Below the pieces are notes generated by a model that saw only the letters and a list, made by a program, of their open reading frames with translations, did no database searches and had not been told where the DNA came from. 45,742 nt of DNA from a candidate division WOR-3 bacterium (lineage in GTDB: Bacteria > Hydrothermota > Tepidihabitantia > Tepidihabitantales > Tepidihabitantaceae): positions 1 to 45,742 of the forward strand of contig JBDRUH010000010.1 of the NCBI GenBank assembly GCA_039801225.1, written 5' to 3'. This document shows, in pieces, positions 9,658-18,547 of the stretch; position 1 is the stretch's first letter, and each line of letters starts with the position of its first letter. Both the position numbers and the translations under genes were made by a program.

Positions 9658-9730
9658 GCGGGAGTAGCTCAGCTGGTAGAGCATCACCTTGCCAAGGTGG
9701 GGGTCGCGGGTTCAAATCCCGTCTCCCGCT
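9658..9730 (+). tRNA. tRNA-Gly(GCC)
   Basis: GCGGGAG..CTCCCGC acceptor stem; anticodon loop TT-GCC-AA. Confidence 0.96.
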
Positions 9731-9734
9731 TTCT

Positions 9735-9806
9735 GGCGGCATAGCCAAGTAGCAAGGCAGCGGTCTGCAAAACCGCAATACCGGGGTGCAAATCCCCGTG
9801 CCGCCT
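9735..9806 (+). tRNA. tRNA-Cys(GCA)
   Basis: GGCGGCA..TGCCGCC-T; anticodon loop CT-GCA-AA; atypical D and T loops. Confidence 0.92.
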
Positions 9807-9818
9807 TAATAAAAGAGC

Positions 9819-9904
9819 GCCGGGGTGGCGGAATAGGCAGACGCAAGGGACTTAAAATCCCTTGACCCGTTAGGGTCGTGCCGGTTCAACTCCGGCCTCC
9901 GGCA
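9819..9904 (+). tRNA. tRNA-Leu(TAA)
   Basis: GCCGGGG..CTCCGGC-A; anticodon loop CT-TAA-AA; long variable arm gacccgttagggtc. Confidence 0.95.
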
Positions 9905-9910
9905 TAAAGC

Positions 9911-9932
9911 GCAAACCTAAAGGTTTGCCCTA
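9911..9932 (-). repeat. GTAG-type REP-like palindrome
   Basis: GCAAACC-TAA-AGGTTTGCCCTA; near-identical copies at 26604, 37222 and 44609. Confidence 0.75.
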
Positions 9933-9954
9933 AATTTGAAATTTTACATTTGTT

Positions 9955-10027
9955 GGGCCGTTAGCTCAGTTGGCAGAGCACCTGGTTTTTAACCCGGTGG
10001 CCGCAGGTTCGAATCCTGCACGGCCCA
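9955..10027 (+). tRNA. tRNA-Lys(TTT)
   Basis: GGGCCGT..ACGGCCC-A; anticodon loop TT-TTT-AA; one T:C mismatch in the anticodon stem. Confidence 0.92.
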
Positions 10028-10075
10028 ATATAGGCAACCTTGCGGTTGCATAAGGTATAGTAGTAGAACAAAGAA

Positions 10076-10107
10076 GCCATAGGGCAAACCGAAGTATGCC
10101 CTATGGT
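10076..10107. repeat. Hairpin related to the REP family, after the tRNA cluster
   Basis: gccatagggca-aaccgaagta-tgccctatggt. Confidence 0.55.
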
Positions 10108-10145
10108 AGCTATAGTAGAATGAAATTTAGCCGTCAGGAGGAAAA

Positions 10146-10793
10146 ATGAAAATCTTTATTGATTCGGCAGATATTAAAGAAATCCAAGCGGTAGCCAGCT
10201 GGGGTATCCTTGATGGTGTTACAACCAACCCCACCCTGGTGCGCAAGACCGGCAGACCCTTTAAGGATTGCGTTCTGGATATATTGAAGATTGTCAATGG
10301 TCCGGTTTCGGTTGAGGCAATCTCGCCCGATGCTGAAGGAATGATTAGCGAGGCAAAAGAGTGGGCAAAATTGGACCCGAACAAAGTAACTATCAAGATT
10401 CCAATGGGGATAGAAGGTCTCAAGGCGGTGCGGGTGCTTTCTAAAGAAAAGATTATGACCAATGTTACCTTAATATTCTCACCCAATCAGGGGTTACTTG
10501 CCTGCCGTGCTGGTGCAACATTTATTTCGCCTTTTATCGGTCGGCTGGATGACATATCTCATGAAGGTATGGAACTGGTGCGGGATTTAGTGGCGATGAT
10601 TGAGTATTATGACTTTTCCACCCAAGTAATTGCCGCCAGTATTCGCCATCCGCTGCATGTTATTGAATCAATGCGGGCGGGTGCCCATATTGCCACCGTT
10701 CCCTATGATGTGTTATTAAAAATGGTAAAGCATCCGCTAACCGATGCGGGAATCAAGAAGTTTTACGAGGACTATCAGCAAATTCCTAAGTAG
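10146..10793 (+). CDS. tal: Transaldolase / fructose-6-phosphate aldolase family (short type)
   Basis: [21 protein letters not shown] catalytic Lys; [16 protein letters not shown]. Confidence 0.92.
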   Translation: MKIFIDSADIKEIQAVASWGILDGVTTNPTLVRKTGRPFKDCVLDILKIVNGPVSVEAISPDAEGMISEAKEWAKLDPNKVTIKIPMGIEGLKAVRVLSKEKIMTNVTLIFSPNQGLLACRAGATFISPFIGRLDDISHEGMELVRDLVAMIEYYDFSTQVIAASIRHPLHVIESMRAGAHIATVPYDVLLKMVKHPLTDAGIKKFYEDYQQIPK

Positions 10794-10805
10794 GAAGGAG
10801 TAAAT

Positions 10806-12908
10806 ATGCCGATTGTTGACTCTAAAACCGGACAGGTGCGCAAAACCTATTCAGTGGCAGAACTGATTCAGGCGGCAAATCTAATGCGGGGCTATAACCT
10901 GATCGCCCTGTGCGCTGCTGGCTCCGGACATTCTGGCGGAACCCTCTCTATTATGGATGTAACCGCGGCACTTTATCTCCATGTTGCCCGGCACGACCCG
11001 GAAAACCCTTTTTGGGAGGACCGGGATAGAATTATCTGGTCAACCGGTCACAAGGCACCATCGCTCTATCTCGGTCTGGCGATGGCGGGTTATTTTCCGG
11101 TTGAGGATGTTGTCCGCTTGCGGAAGTTATACTCACCCTATCAAGGACATCCCCACTGGGTGAAACTGCCCGGGGTGGAAATCTCCTCAGGCTCGTTGGG
11201 ACAGGGGCTTTCGGTGGCGGTGGGCATCTGTCTAGCCGCGCGCCTGGACAAGAAGAATTATCGGGTCTACTGCCTGACCGGTGATGGTGAACATCAGGAG
11301 GGGCAGGTATGGGAGGCGATAATGGAGGCAGGGGCTTATCACCTTGATAACCTCTGCTGCATTCTGGACAAGAACCGATTGCAAATTGACGGCTGGGTGA
11401 AGGATGTGATGAATATTGACCCGATAACCGATAAATATCGCTCATTTGGCTGGAATGTGATTGAGATTGACGGTCATAATATGCACCAGATTCTCGCCGC
11501 ATTTGACAAGGCGGCACAGCATAAGGGACAGCCAACGGTAATTGTCTGCCACACCACCAAAGGTAAGGGTGTTTCTTTTATGGAGAATGTTGCTGGCTGG
11601 CACGGTAAGTCACCGAATAAGGCGGAGATGGTCAAGGGTCTTGAGGAGTTGGGTTTACATTACCGGATTGACTACGAAAAACTCTTAAAGAAGGCTGAGG
11701 AGTATCAAGCCCAGGTCACCGAGAAACTGATGGCGAAGGTGCCCAAATTCAGCCGGGACTATTTCTGGAATAAAGGGGAAAATATGAAGGTGGAGATGAA
11801 GGCAACACGGTTCGGTTTTGGCGAGGCGCTAGAGGAATTGGGGGATGACCCACGGGTTTGTGCAATTGGTGCTGATATCTCCGGTTCAATAACCATCTCC
11901 AGGTTCTATGAGAAGTTTCCTGAGCGAATGGAACGCTGGTTCTCGGTGGGCATCGCTGAACAGTCCGGGACAAATGTTGCTGCCGGTTTGGCAAAGGAAG
12001 GCAAACTCCCGGCGTTCGGTACTTACGGCGTATTTGCTGCGGGTAGGAACCTTGACCAGTTACGCACCACGGTCTGCTACGGCAACTTCAATGTCCTAAT
12101 TGCCGGGGCGCACGGCGGGGTTTCTGTCGGTCCGGATGGTGCGACCCATCAGGCGCTTGAGGACCTCTTCCAGATTTGCGGTTTACCAAATATGCATGTC
12201 TCTGTACCGGCCGATGCGCTGGAGACACGCAAGGCGACCGGGTTTATGCTCTTTGAAATCAAGGGTCCGAAGTATATCCGGTTTGCCCGTGAGGCAACAC
12301 CGCTCATCACCCGACCCGAGACACCGTTTGTCTGGGGAATGCCCAATGTCTATCGCTACCGGGGAGAAAAGGAGCGGTTTATTGACGCCTTTGATGTTAC
12401 CACCGCGGATAAATACGAAAACGAAAATGAGGATTTGACGATTGTCGCCTGCGGTCCGATGGTGCCTGAGGCGATGCGGGCGGCATGGATTCTGAAGGAA
12501 GATTTTGGTATAGAAACCCGGGTATTGAACCTCCACACCCTGAAATCACCTTCAACTCACCCCAATGAGACAATCCCTAATCAGCGTTATTTGATTCAGG
12601 CAGCACTGGAGACCGGGATAGTTGTTACCGCTGAGGAGCATCAGATTGGTGGTTTGGCAAACCGGGTATCTTATGTTCTCCATACCGCTGAGGAACTTTA
12701 CGGCAAACCGCTCGCGTTTGGTGCTATCGGGGTAAAGGACCGGTTTGGCGAATCCGGACAACCCTGGGAGTTGATGTGGGAATTTGAGGTTTCCGGCGAG
12801 CATATCGCGGCAAAGGCAAAGGAACTTTATGACAAAGCCAAAAGCCAAAAGCCAGAAGCCAAAAGCCAAAAGCCAAAAGCCAAAATTGCTAAGCAGAAGA
12901 AAAAGTAA
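10806..12908 (+). CDS. tkt: Transketolase (N- and C-terminal domains in one chain)
   Basis: SGHSGG; GHK; GSLGQGLS; TPP-binding GDGE..N; GIAEQ; GPDGATHQ. Confidence 0.93.
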   Translation: MPIVDSKTGQVRKTYSVAELIQAANLMRGYNLIALCAAGSGHSGGTLSIMDVTAALYLHVARHDPENPFWEDRDRIIWSTGHKAPSLYLGLAMAGYFPVEDVVRLRKLYSPYQGHPHWVKLPGVEISSGSLGQGLSVAVGICLAARLDKKNYRVYCLTGDGEHQEGQVWEAIMEAGAYHLDNLCCILDKNRLQIDGWVKDVMNIDPITDKYRSFGWNVIEIDGHNMHQILAAFDKAAQHKGQPTVIVCHTTKGKGVSFMENVAGWHGKSPNKAEMVKGLEELGLHYRIDYEKLLKKAEEYQAQVTEKLMAKVPKFSRDYFWNKGENMKVEMKATRFGFGEALEELGDDPRVCAIGADISGSITISRFYEKFPERMERWFSVGIAEQSGTNVAAGLAKEGKLPAFGTYGVFAAGRNLDQLRTTVCYGNFNVLIAGAHGGVSVGPDGATHQALEDLFQICGLPNMHVSVPADALETRKATGFMLFEIKGPKYIRFAREATPLITRPETPFVWGMPNVYRYRGEKERFIDAFDVTTADKYENENEDLTIVACGPMVPEAMRAAWILKEDFGIETRVLNLHTLKSPSTHPNETIPNQRYLIQAALETGIVVTAEEHQIGGLANRVSYVLHTAEELYGKPLAFGAIGVKDRFGESGQPWELMWEFEVSGEHIAAKAKELYDKAKSQKPEAKSQKPKAKIAKQKKK
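12834..12882 (+). repeat. Tandem heptamer (AAAGCCA)x7 inside the transketolase 3' end
   Basis: Seven units, one of them the variant GAAGCCA; encodes KAKSQKPEAKSQKPKAK. Confidence 0.95.
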
Positions 12909-12918
12909 AGGAGGTAAG

Positions 12919-14094
12919 ATGAGACTGGCGTGTAGAATGGGTCGTCTCGGAACCGAGACCGCATTTGATTGCTTGCGCCGGGCAAAGGCGCTGGAGTGTA
13001 AAATGGATGTGGTTCACTTAGAGATCGGTGAACCTGATTTTGTTACTCCGAAACACATTATTGAGGCAGCAAAACAGGCGCTGGACGAGGGTTGGACCCA
13101 TTACGGTCCCTCACCTGGGCTGCCTGAGGTTCGGGCGGCGATCGCTGAGTATGCAGGACGACTCCGGGGGGTAAAATTCTCTGAAGAGCAGGTGGTGGTT
13201 ACACCTGGGGCTAAACCGGTGATGTCCTTTGCAATTATGGCGTTGGTAGAAGAGGGCGATGAGGTTATCTATCCCAACCCCGGCTTTCCGATCTATGAGT
13301 CAATGATTGACTATATGGGTGGAAAACCGGTGCCAATTCGCCTGCGCGAGGAACGCAACTTTCGGCTTGATGCCGAGGAACTGGCACAGATGGTCAACCC
13401 CAAAACCAAACTCATCATCATCAACTCACCCGCCAATCCGACCGGTGGTGTTCTTACTCGAGAGGATTTGCGACTGATCGCCGACACGGCACTCAAACAC
13501 GACGCCTGGGTTCTTGCTGACGAAATTTACTCCGAAATTGTCTACGACGCCAAGTTTGAAACTATCGCCCAGTTTCCGGAGATTCATCCCCGATTGATAA
13601 TCCTTGACGGCTTTTCCAAAACCTTTGCAATGACCGGCTGGCGCATTGGCTACGGGATAATGCCAAAGGAGATGGCCGAGAAGATGGCGAGAATTGAGAC
13701 GAACATCAACTCCTGCACCACCACCTTCATTCAGCGCGCCTGCCTTGCCGCCTTAAGGGGACCACGCGAAGAGGTTGATAAAATGATTGCCGAGTTTAAA
13801 CGGCGCCGGGATTTCATTGTTGAAGGGTTAAACCGATTGCCCGGTTTCCGCTGTCAGAAACCATTAGGCGCATTCTATGTCTTTCCCAATATTGAGGGCA
13901 CAAAAATGACCTGTGAGGTTTTGGCGGACCGCCTTCTGGAAGAAGAGGGCGTCGCCTGTCTTTCCGGAACCTGCTTTGGGAAATTCGGTGCCGGGTTTTT
14001 GCGCTTCAGTTATGCCAACTCAATTGAAAACATTGACAAGGCGCTGAAGAGAATGGAAAAATTCCTCGCCCGCTGCCACGGCGGGTCCAGGTGA
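12919..14094 (+). CDS. Class I/II PLP-dependent (aspartate-type) aminotransferase
   Basis: GEPDF; NSPANPTG; DEIY; GFSKTFAMTGWRIGY. Start placed at ATG12919 behind SD GGAGGT rather than at 12784. Confidence 0.93.
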   Translation: MRLACRMGRLGTETAFDCLRRAKALECKMDVVHLEIGEPDFVTPKHIIEAAKQALDEGWTHYGPSPGLPEVRAAIAEYAGRLRGVKFSEEQVVVTPGAKPVMSFAIMALVEEGDEVIYPNPGFPIYESMIDYMGGKPVPIRLREERNFRLDAEELAQMVNPKTKLIIINSPANPTGGVLTREDLRLIADTALKHDAWVLADEIYSEIVYDAKFETIAQFPEIHPRLIILDGFSKTFAMTGWRIGYGIMPKEMAEKMARIETNINSCTTTFIQRACLAALRGPREEVDKMIAEFKRRRDFIVEGLNRLPGFRCQKPLGAFYVFPNIEGTKMTCEVLADRLLEEEGVACLSGTCFGKFGAGFLRFSYANSIENIDKALKRMEKFLARCHGGSR

Positions 14095-14142
14095 ACGATA
14101 CCGTACCGATGCGGTAATCTTATAAACTAAAGACCACCCGAC

Positions 14143-14171
14143 TTTAGTCCCCAAGACCGACGGGGACTAAA
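14143..14171 (+). terminator. Stem-loop after the aminotransferase (possible terminator)
   Basis: tttagtcccc-N9-ggggactaaa. Confidence 0.5.
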
Positions 14172-14213
14172 TACAATCTTGACTTTACTAGTAGCCGGTG
14201 CTAAAGTCAAAAT

Positions 14214-14693
14214 GTGGTGGCAATTTTGTTACTTTTACTTGGGGTTATCGTTATTTTAATAGCAGGCTACTTGTTATCCAGTTCGCGCTCAAAACAAAGA
14301 AAACCGGTTGTGGAGATTGTAGATGCTGATGACCTTTTCAAACGAGGAATGGTTGACATTCGCAAATGCGATTACGATCGGGCGATAGTCAACTTTAGCC
14401 GGGCGCTTGGGGTGAATCCGCATTATACCCCTGCCTTTTACCATCGCGGGTTGGCTTATCTGGCTAAGGGGGAATATGACCGGGCGATAGCCGACTTTAA
14501 CAAGGCGCTGGAGCTGAGTCCAAAACTCGCCCTGGCGATGGCAAGTATGGGGCGGGCTTATCATTTGAAGGGAAACAAAGACCGGGCAAAGATGTGGTAT
14601 GAAAGGGCACTGGAATTCAGTGAGCAAATTTCAGTGGAAGAGGCGGGGCTGGTGCGGAAACGGCTGGAAGAATTGAAAACGGGGGATAATTAG
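14214..14693 (+). CDS. Membrane-anchored TPR protein
   Basis: N-terminal TM helix; TPR repeats (YDRAIVNFSRAL, YDRAIADFNKALEL). Confidence 0.85.
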   Translation: MVAILLLLLGVIVILIAGYLLSSSRSKQRKPVVEIVDADDLFKRGMVDIRKCDYDRAIVNFSRALGVNPHYTPAFYHRGLAYLAKGEYDRAIADFNKALELSPKLALAMASMGRAYHLKGNKDRAKMWYERALEFSEQISVEEAGLVRKRLEELKTGDN

Positions 14694-15646
14694 TCGCGGT
14701 GACGCCTTTTGTCAAAAAGGTCTAAAAACCGGTCTTCATAGAGCTTGAACAGACCCCAGCGGTCCAGTTCCTCTTTCAACTCCTTTGCCTTGGAAATGTC
14801 CCGCTGTGCCTCTTCAAAAAGCCTTTCAATATGCGCCATCAATTCGTGGGGTTCGGGACGCTCTTCTCCCTCAATTTCCTCAGGTCTCTCTCCCTCAAGG
14901 TGGGATTCAGTCTCGCGGCGCAAAGCCTCCAGGGCGGCGGCAACCCTTTTTTCAAACTCCTCCATCATCTGGTCGGTCTTCTTAATTTTCTCCTCAAGTT
15001 CGGTCATATCAACCTTTGTATTGAGAATCCGCTCAAACACCTCAATAATCGCCTTAGAGGACTTCGGATTGGGTGCCTCAATCGCATACTGAGGCATCGT
15101 TGCCAGAAAACAGGCGGCAGGGATTCCCCGTGCCTTTGCCAGTCCCAAGAGTAACCCATTCAACCCAGAAATTCTCCCTTCCTGGAGTGGCTCAACACCC
15201 AAGGCAATAAACCTCTTGCGCAGGATTTCATCAGTGGCAACACCGTAAGCCTTTCTCGGCTGACGATAACTTATTGGCAGGGCAAACGCCGCACCGGTAT
15301 AAATCTGTTTAACCCCAGCATCCTCGGCAAGGTCTAAAAGTTCACCAGCAATTTTGATACCGGGTTCCCCGGCAATTTGCGCCTCGCCTTCAAACACTAA
15401 AAGCGGTGGCTCGGCAACATAATAGATTCTATGCAGCGGCGGCGCAGGAATTCTACCCAAGCCGTTTTCCACCTCAATTGCGTCGGGCAGGAAATAGGGC
15501 GTGGCATCAATTTCAGCATAAGGAACGCCACCCAACTTCACCCGCAGATAACTTGCGGCCAAAATGCCCACATGCCCCATTCCTGGCCAGCAAGCGATCA
15601 TAATCGGCACATTAACTCTTAATTCGGAGTAGTATTTTATCGGCAT
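14690..15646 (-). CDS. PAC2 (proteasome assembly chaperone 2) family protein
   Basis: WPGMGHVG; ISGLNGLLLG; NPKSSKAI; C-terminal LDRWGLFKLYEDRFLDLF. Confidence 0.8.
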   Translation of the reverse strand: MPIKYYSELRVNVPIMIACWPGMGHVGILAASYLRVKLGGVPYAEIDATPYFLPDAIEVENGLGRIPAPPLHRIYYVAEPPLLVFEGEAQIAGEPGIKIAGELLDLAEDAGVKQIYTGAAFALPISYRQPRKAYGVATDEILRKRFIALGVEPLQEGRISGLNGLLLGLAKARGIPAACFLATMPQYAIEAPNPKSSKAIIEVFERILNTKVDMTELEEKIKKTDQMMEEFEKRVAAALEALRRETESHLEGERPEEIEGEERPEPHELMAHIERLFEEAQRDISKAKELKEELDRWGLFKLYEDRFLDLFDKRRHRD

Positions 15647-15827
15647 AATTTTATTATACTAAGAATTAAATTTTTATCAACCTGATGTTAGTTGTTGATT
15701 TTGGATTCTAAGTTCTTCACTGAAAACCAAAAACTATGAACTACAAACCACTACCTAATTACTGTCTTGCCGGAGAATGAGCATCTGGTTTTACCCGATG
15801 GTAATAATAAGGAAAAGGGTCGGTTCG

Positions 15828-16514
15828 CTAACCCTTGACTTTACCGCTAAATCTCTCAAGAAGTCTTTCAATCCGCTGCTGATTTAGATAATAGGCGATT
15901 GTGAGAAAAACCACTACTCCACCCAGTATTAGCCACTCCCGAACACCAAATCTTGTTGCAGTTGAACCCACTCCACACTCCAGAATATTGGAAGGCAAAC
16001 GGGCGATAAAAACCAATATAAGAAAGAGTAAAAATGGGATGCCGGTCAGACCGGCGAGATAGTAGACCCAGTCACCTAAGGGGTTAGGAATTAAAAGAAG
16101 AAGAAATATGTAAAATGTGCCACGGGAAAGGGTAAGAGAATCGAACCGCTCAAGGGTTTTCCCCGATAGAAAAAGTTTTAAAAGTTGCCGACCAAAAAGT
16201 CGGGCGATGAAAAATGCGACTGTTGCACCAATCATAACCCCGAGCATCAGCCAGGCAATTGTTGGCCAGAAGCCTAAGGCATAACCGCCCACAAACGCCG
16301 CCACATTGCCAGGCAAAGGGGCAACCACAATCTGAATTATCTGCAAAAAAACTAACCCAAAGGGCGCCCAACCACGAAAGCCTTTAACCAAAAGACGTAA
16401 CTCCTCCGGGTTGGAAAAGTAGTGCCAGAGGTGCTTACCAACAAAGCCAAAAATTGCCGCCAGGACAACAAGGAAGAGAATTAAAGGAAAAACCGCTTGC
16501 CGCTTACCGCTCAT
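15828..16514 (-). CDS. DedA/TVP38 (VTT) family membrane protein
   Basis: QIIQIVVAPLPG..GGY..G; FFIARLFGR; DWVYYLAGLT..RLP. Confidence 0.88.
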   Translation of the reverse strand: MSGKRQAVFPLILFLVVLAAIFGFVGKHLWHYFSNPEELRLLVKGFRGWAPFGLVFLQIIQIVVAPLPGNVAAFVGGYALGFWPTIAWLMLGVMIGATVAFFIARLFGRQLLKLFLSGKTLERFDSLTLSRGTFYIFLLLLIPNPLGDWVYYLAGLTGIPFLLFLILVFIARLPSNILECGVGSTATRFGVREWLILGGVVVFLTIAYYLNQQRIERLLERFSGKVKG

Positions 16515-16558
16515 AAACTATTCACCTCTTATTTTTAGTTCTTAGTTTATAGTTTTAG

Positions 16559-17374
16559 TTAACCTACAAATAAAATACGCGGTAAAACTGTCCTGATATA
16601 CCAGCCAAAAATCTCTTCGCCCCAGAAAAGACCCACCAGACCACCCAACGCCAGAAATGGTCCAAATGGCACCTCCTGCCCGGCTCGGGTCTTTCCTAAA
16701 ATTCTCAAAAGAATACCAACTATAACCCCAAACACCACCGCACATCCTAGACCCACGGACATCCCTTTTGGTCCGGTAAACACCCCCAGCATTCCGGCAA
16801 AATATACATCACCCCAGCCCATCCCTTCTTTCCTTTTTACCCCGAGACGACGGAATGGACGGGCAAGGATAAACCGCCATAACCCCCAGGCAAATAAAAT
16901 AAAACCAGCGCCCAAAACCCCACCCCATAGCGCCGAAACAAAAGAAAACCTAAACACCGAGAAAAGGGAAAATACCAGCCCGATTACAACCCCAGCAACC
17001 GAAAGTCCGAAGGGAATAATCTTATGTTCAAGGTCAATTCCGGCCAGAACAATAAGAAACCCGATAAAAACTATTCCCCTTAATAGCGCCCAGTGCAGTC
17101 CGAATCGGGCATAGGCAAGGACAAAAAGCAGCGCGGTGAGCGATTCTATCAACGGGTAGCGAATTGATATCGGTTTACCGCAATCTCGGCACCTACCCCG
17201 CAGAATGATGTAACTCAATACCGGGATGTTATCATAAAATCGTATTGGCTTATTACAACGCGGGCAATGGGAAGGTGGATAACCAATAGATTCGCCTCGG
17301 GGGATTCGCCAGATGCAAACATTGAAGAAACTACCCAAGACCAGTCCTAATATGGCGACAAGCAGCCAGTTCAC
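16559..17374 (-). CDS. pilD: Prepilin peptidase (A24 family)
   Basis: GSFFNVCIWRIP; CxxC pairs; DLEHKIIP; GMGWGD; VPFGPFL. Confidence 0.95.
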   Translation of the reverse strand: MNWLLVAILGLVLGSFFNVCIWRIPRGESIGYPPSHCPRCNKPIRFYDNIPVLSYIILRGRCRDCGKPISIRYPLIESLTALLFVLAYARFGLHWALLRGIVFIGFLIVLAGIDLEHKIIPFGLSVAGVVIGLVFSLFSVFRFSFVSALWGGVLGAGFILFAWGLWRFILARPFRRLGVKRKEGMGWGDVYFAGMLGVFTGPKGMSVGLGCAVVFGVIVGILLRILGKTRAGQEVPFGPFLALGGLVGLFWGEEIFGWYIRTVLPRILFVG

Positions 17375-18507
17375 TGACCTTTGGGACCGGGGGCTATGAC
17401 TGGGGTGACAGGTGAAACAAAAAGTTTCTTGTCAGTGGCAACCGCATAAGCCACCTCAGCAGAAATCAACCCATTCGCCACCAAAATCTCCAACGACTGG
17501 TCCATCGTCTGCATTCCATATTGAGAACCGGTCTGGACCAGGGAAATAATTTGATGGGACTTAGCCTCACGAATGAGATTTTTTACCGCCGGAGTGGCGA
17601 TCAAAACCTCCATCGCCGCCACCCTTCCCCGACCATCCTTACGGGGTAAAAGGGTCTGGGAAATAATCCCGCGGATGACATTGGCAAAAATCTGACGGAC
17701 ATACTCCTGCTGCTCCGGAGGAAAAACATCAATCACGCGGTCTACCGTCTCGGCAACATTATTGGTATGAAGGGTGGAAAGCACCAGATGCCCGGTCTCG
17801 GCAGCGGTTAAGGCAAGCCTAATGGTCTCTAAATCCCGCATCTCACCAACCAAAATGACATCCGGGTCCTCCCTGAGGCAGGCACGCAATGCAGCAGCAA
17901 AGGATTGGGAATGGGCGCCCACCTCCCGCTGGCTGATAAGGGCGTTGCGCGGATGGAAGATATATTCAATCGGGTCTTCAATGGTGATGATCCGCACCGC
18001 CCGCTCTTGGTCAATCTGGTCAATCATACTTGCCAGTGTCGTAGATTTCCCGCATCCAGTAGGACCGGTTACGATAACCAGCCCAGAGTGGCAACGGGTC
18101 AACTCCGCCACCGAAGGTGGTGCTGGCAGTTCCTCCAATTTTCTGATTTTTGCCGGGATAATCCGAAACGCCGCTCCAAGACCGCCCAGGTCTAAAAACA
18201 CATTTACCCGCGCCCTTATCCGCTCCGGTGTTTCGTAATCTAAAGTAATAGCACCAGGAAAGGGTCTCGGTGATGTCGCTCCCCAAGTATAAGAGAGGTC
18301 AAGCTCTCGCTTTCGTTCTACCGCCTCTCGCTGTTCATCAGTAAGAATGGAATAAATAAGCGCCTTGGCATCTTCGGTTGTCAGCGGTGGGCCAGGAATC
18401 TTTTTTAGTCGGCCATTAACCCGGATAACAGGTGGGTTTTCTGCGGTGATATGGAGGTCGGATGCTCCGTATTTTGCTGCATAGCGGAGCAACTCATCAA
18501 TATTCAT
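17371..18507 (-). CDS. pilT: Type IV pilus retraction ATPase
   Basis: ASDLHI; GPTGCGKST; TIEDPIE; LREDPDVILVGEMRD; AVKNLIRE; GMQTMDQ. Confidence 0.93.
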   Translation of the reverse strand: MNIDELLRYAAKYGASDLHITAENPPVIRVNGRLKKIPGPPLTTEDAKALIYSILTDEQREAVERKRELDLSYTWGATSPRPFPGAITLDYETPERIRARVNVFLDLGGLGAAFRIIPAKIRKLEELPAPPSVAELTRCHSGLVIVTGPTGCGKSTTLASMIDQIDQERAVRIITIEDPIEYIFHPRNALISQREVGAHSQSFAAALRACLREDPDVILVGEMRDLETIRLALTAAETGHLVLSTLHTNNVAETVDRVIDVFPPEQQEYVRQIFANVIRGIISQTLLPRKDGRGRVAAMEVLIATPAVKNLIREAKSHQIISLVQTGSQYGMQTMDQSLEILVANGLISAEVAYAVATDKKLFVSPVTPVIAPGPKGQ

Positions 18508-18547
18508 CAATTATTACAATCGTCTTCCGTCCTCCGTCTCCTCTCTT

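Noticed and set aside
9582..10027. tRNA cluster as an integration site
   Set aside because: No duplicated tRNA 3' end and no integrase seen in the window.
12784..12918. N-terminal extension of the aminotransferase in the ORF track
   Set aside because: It overlaps tkt and translates the heptamer tract; ATG12919 has a strong SD.
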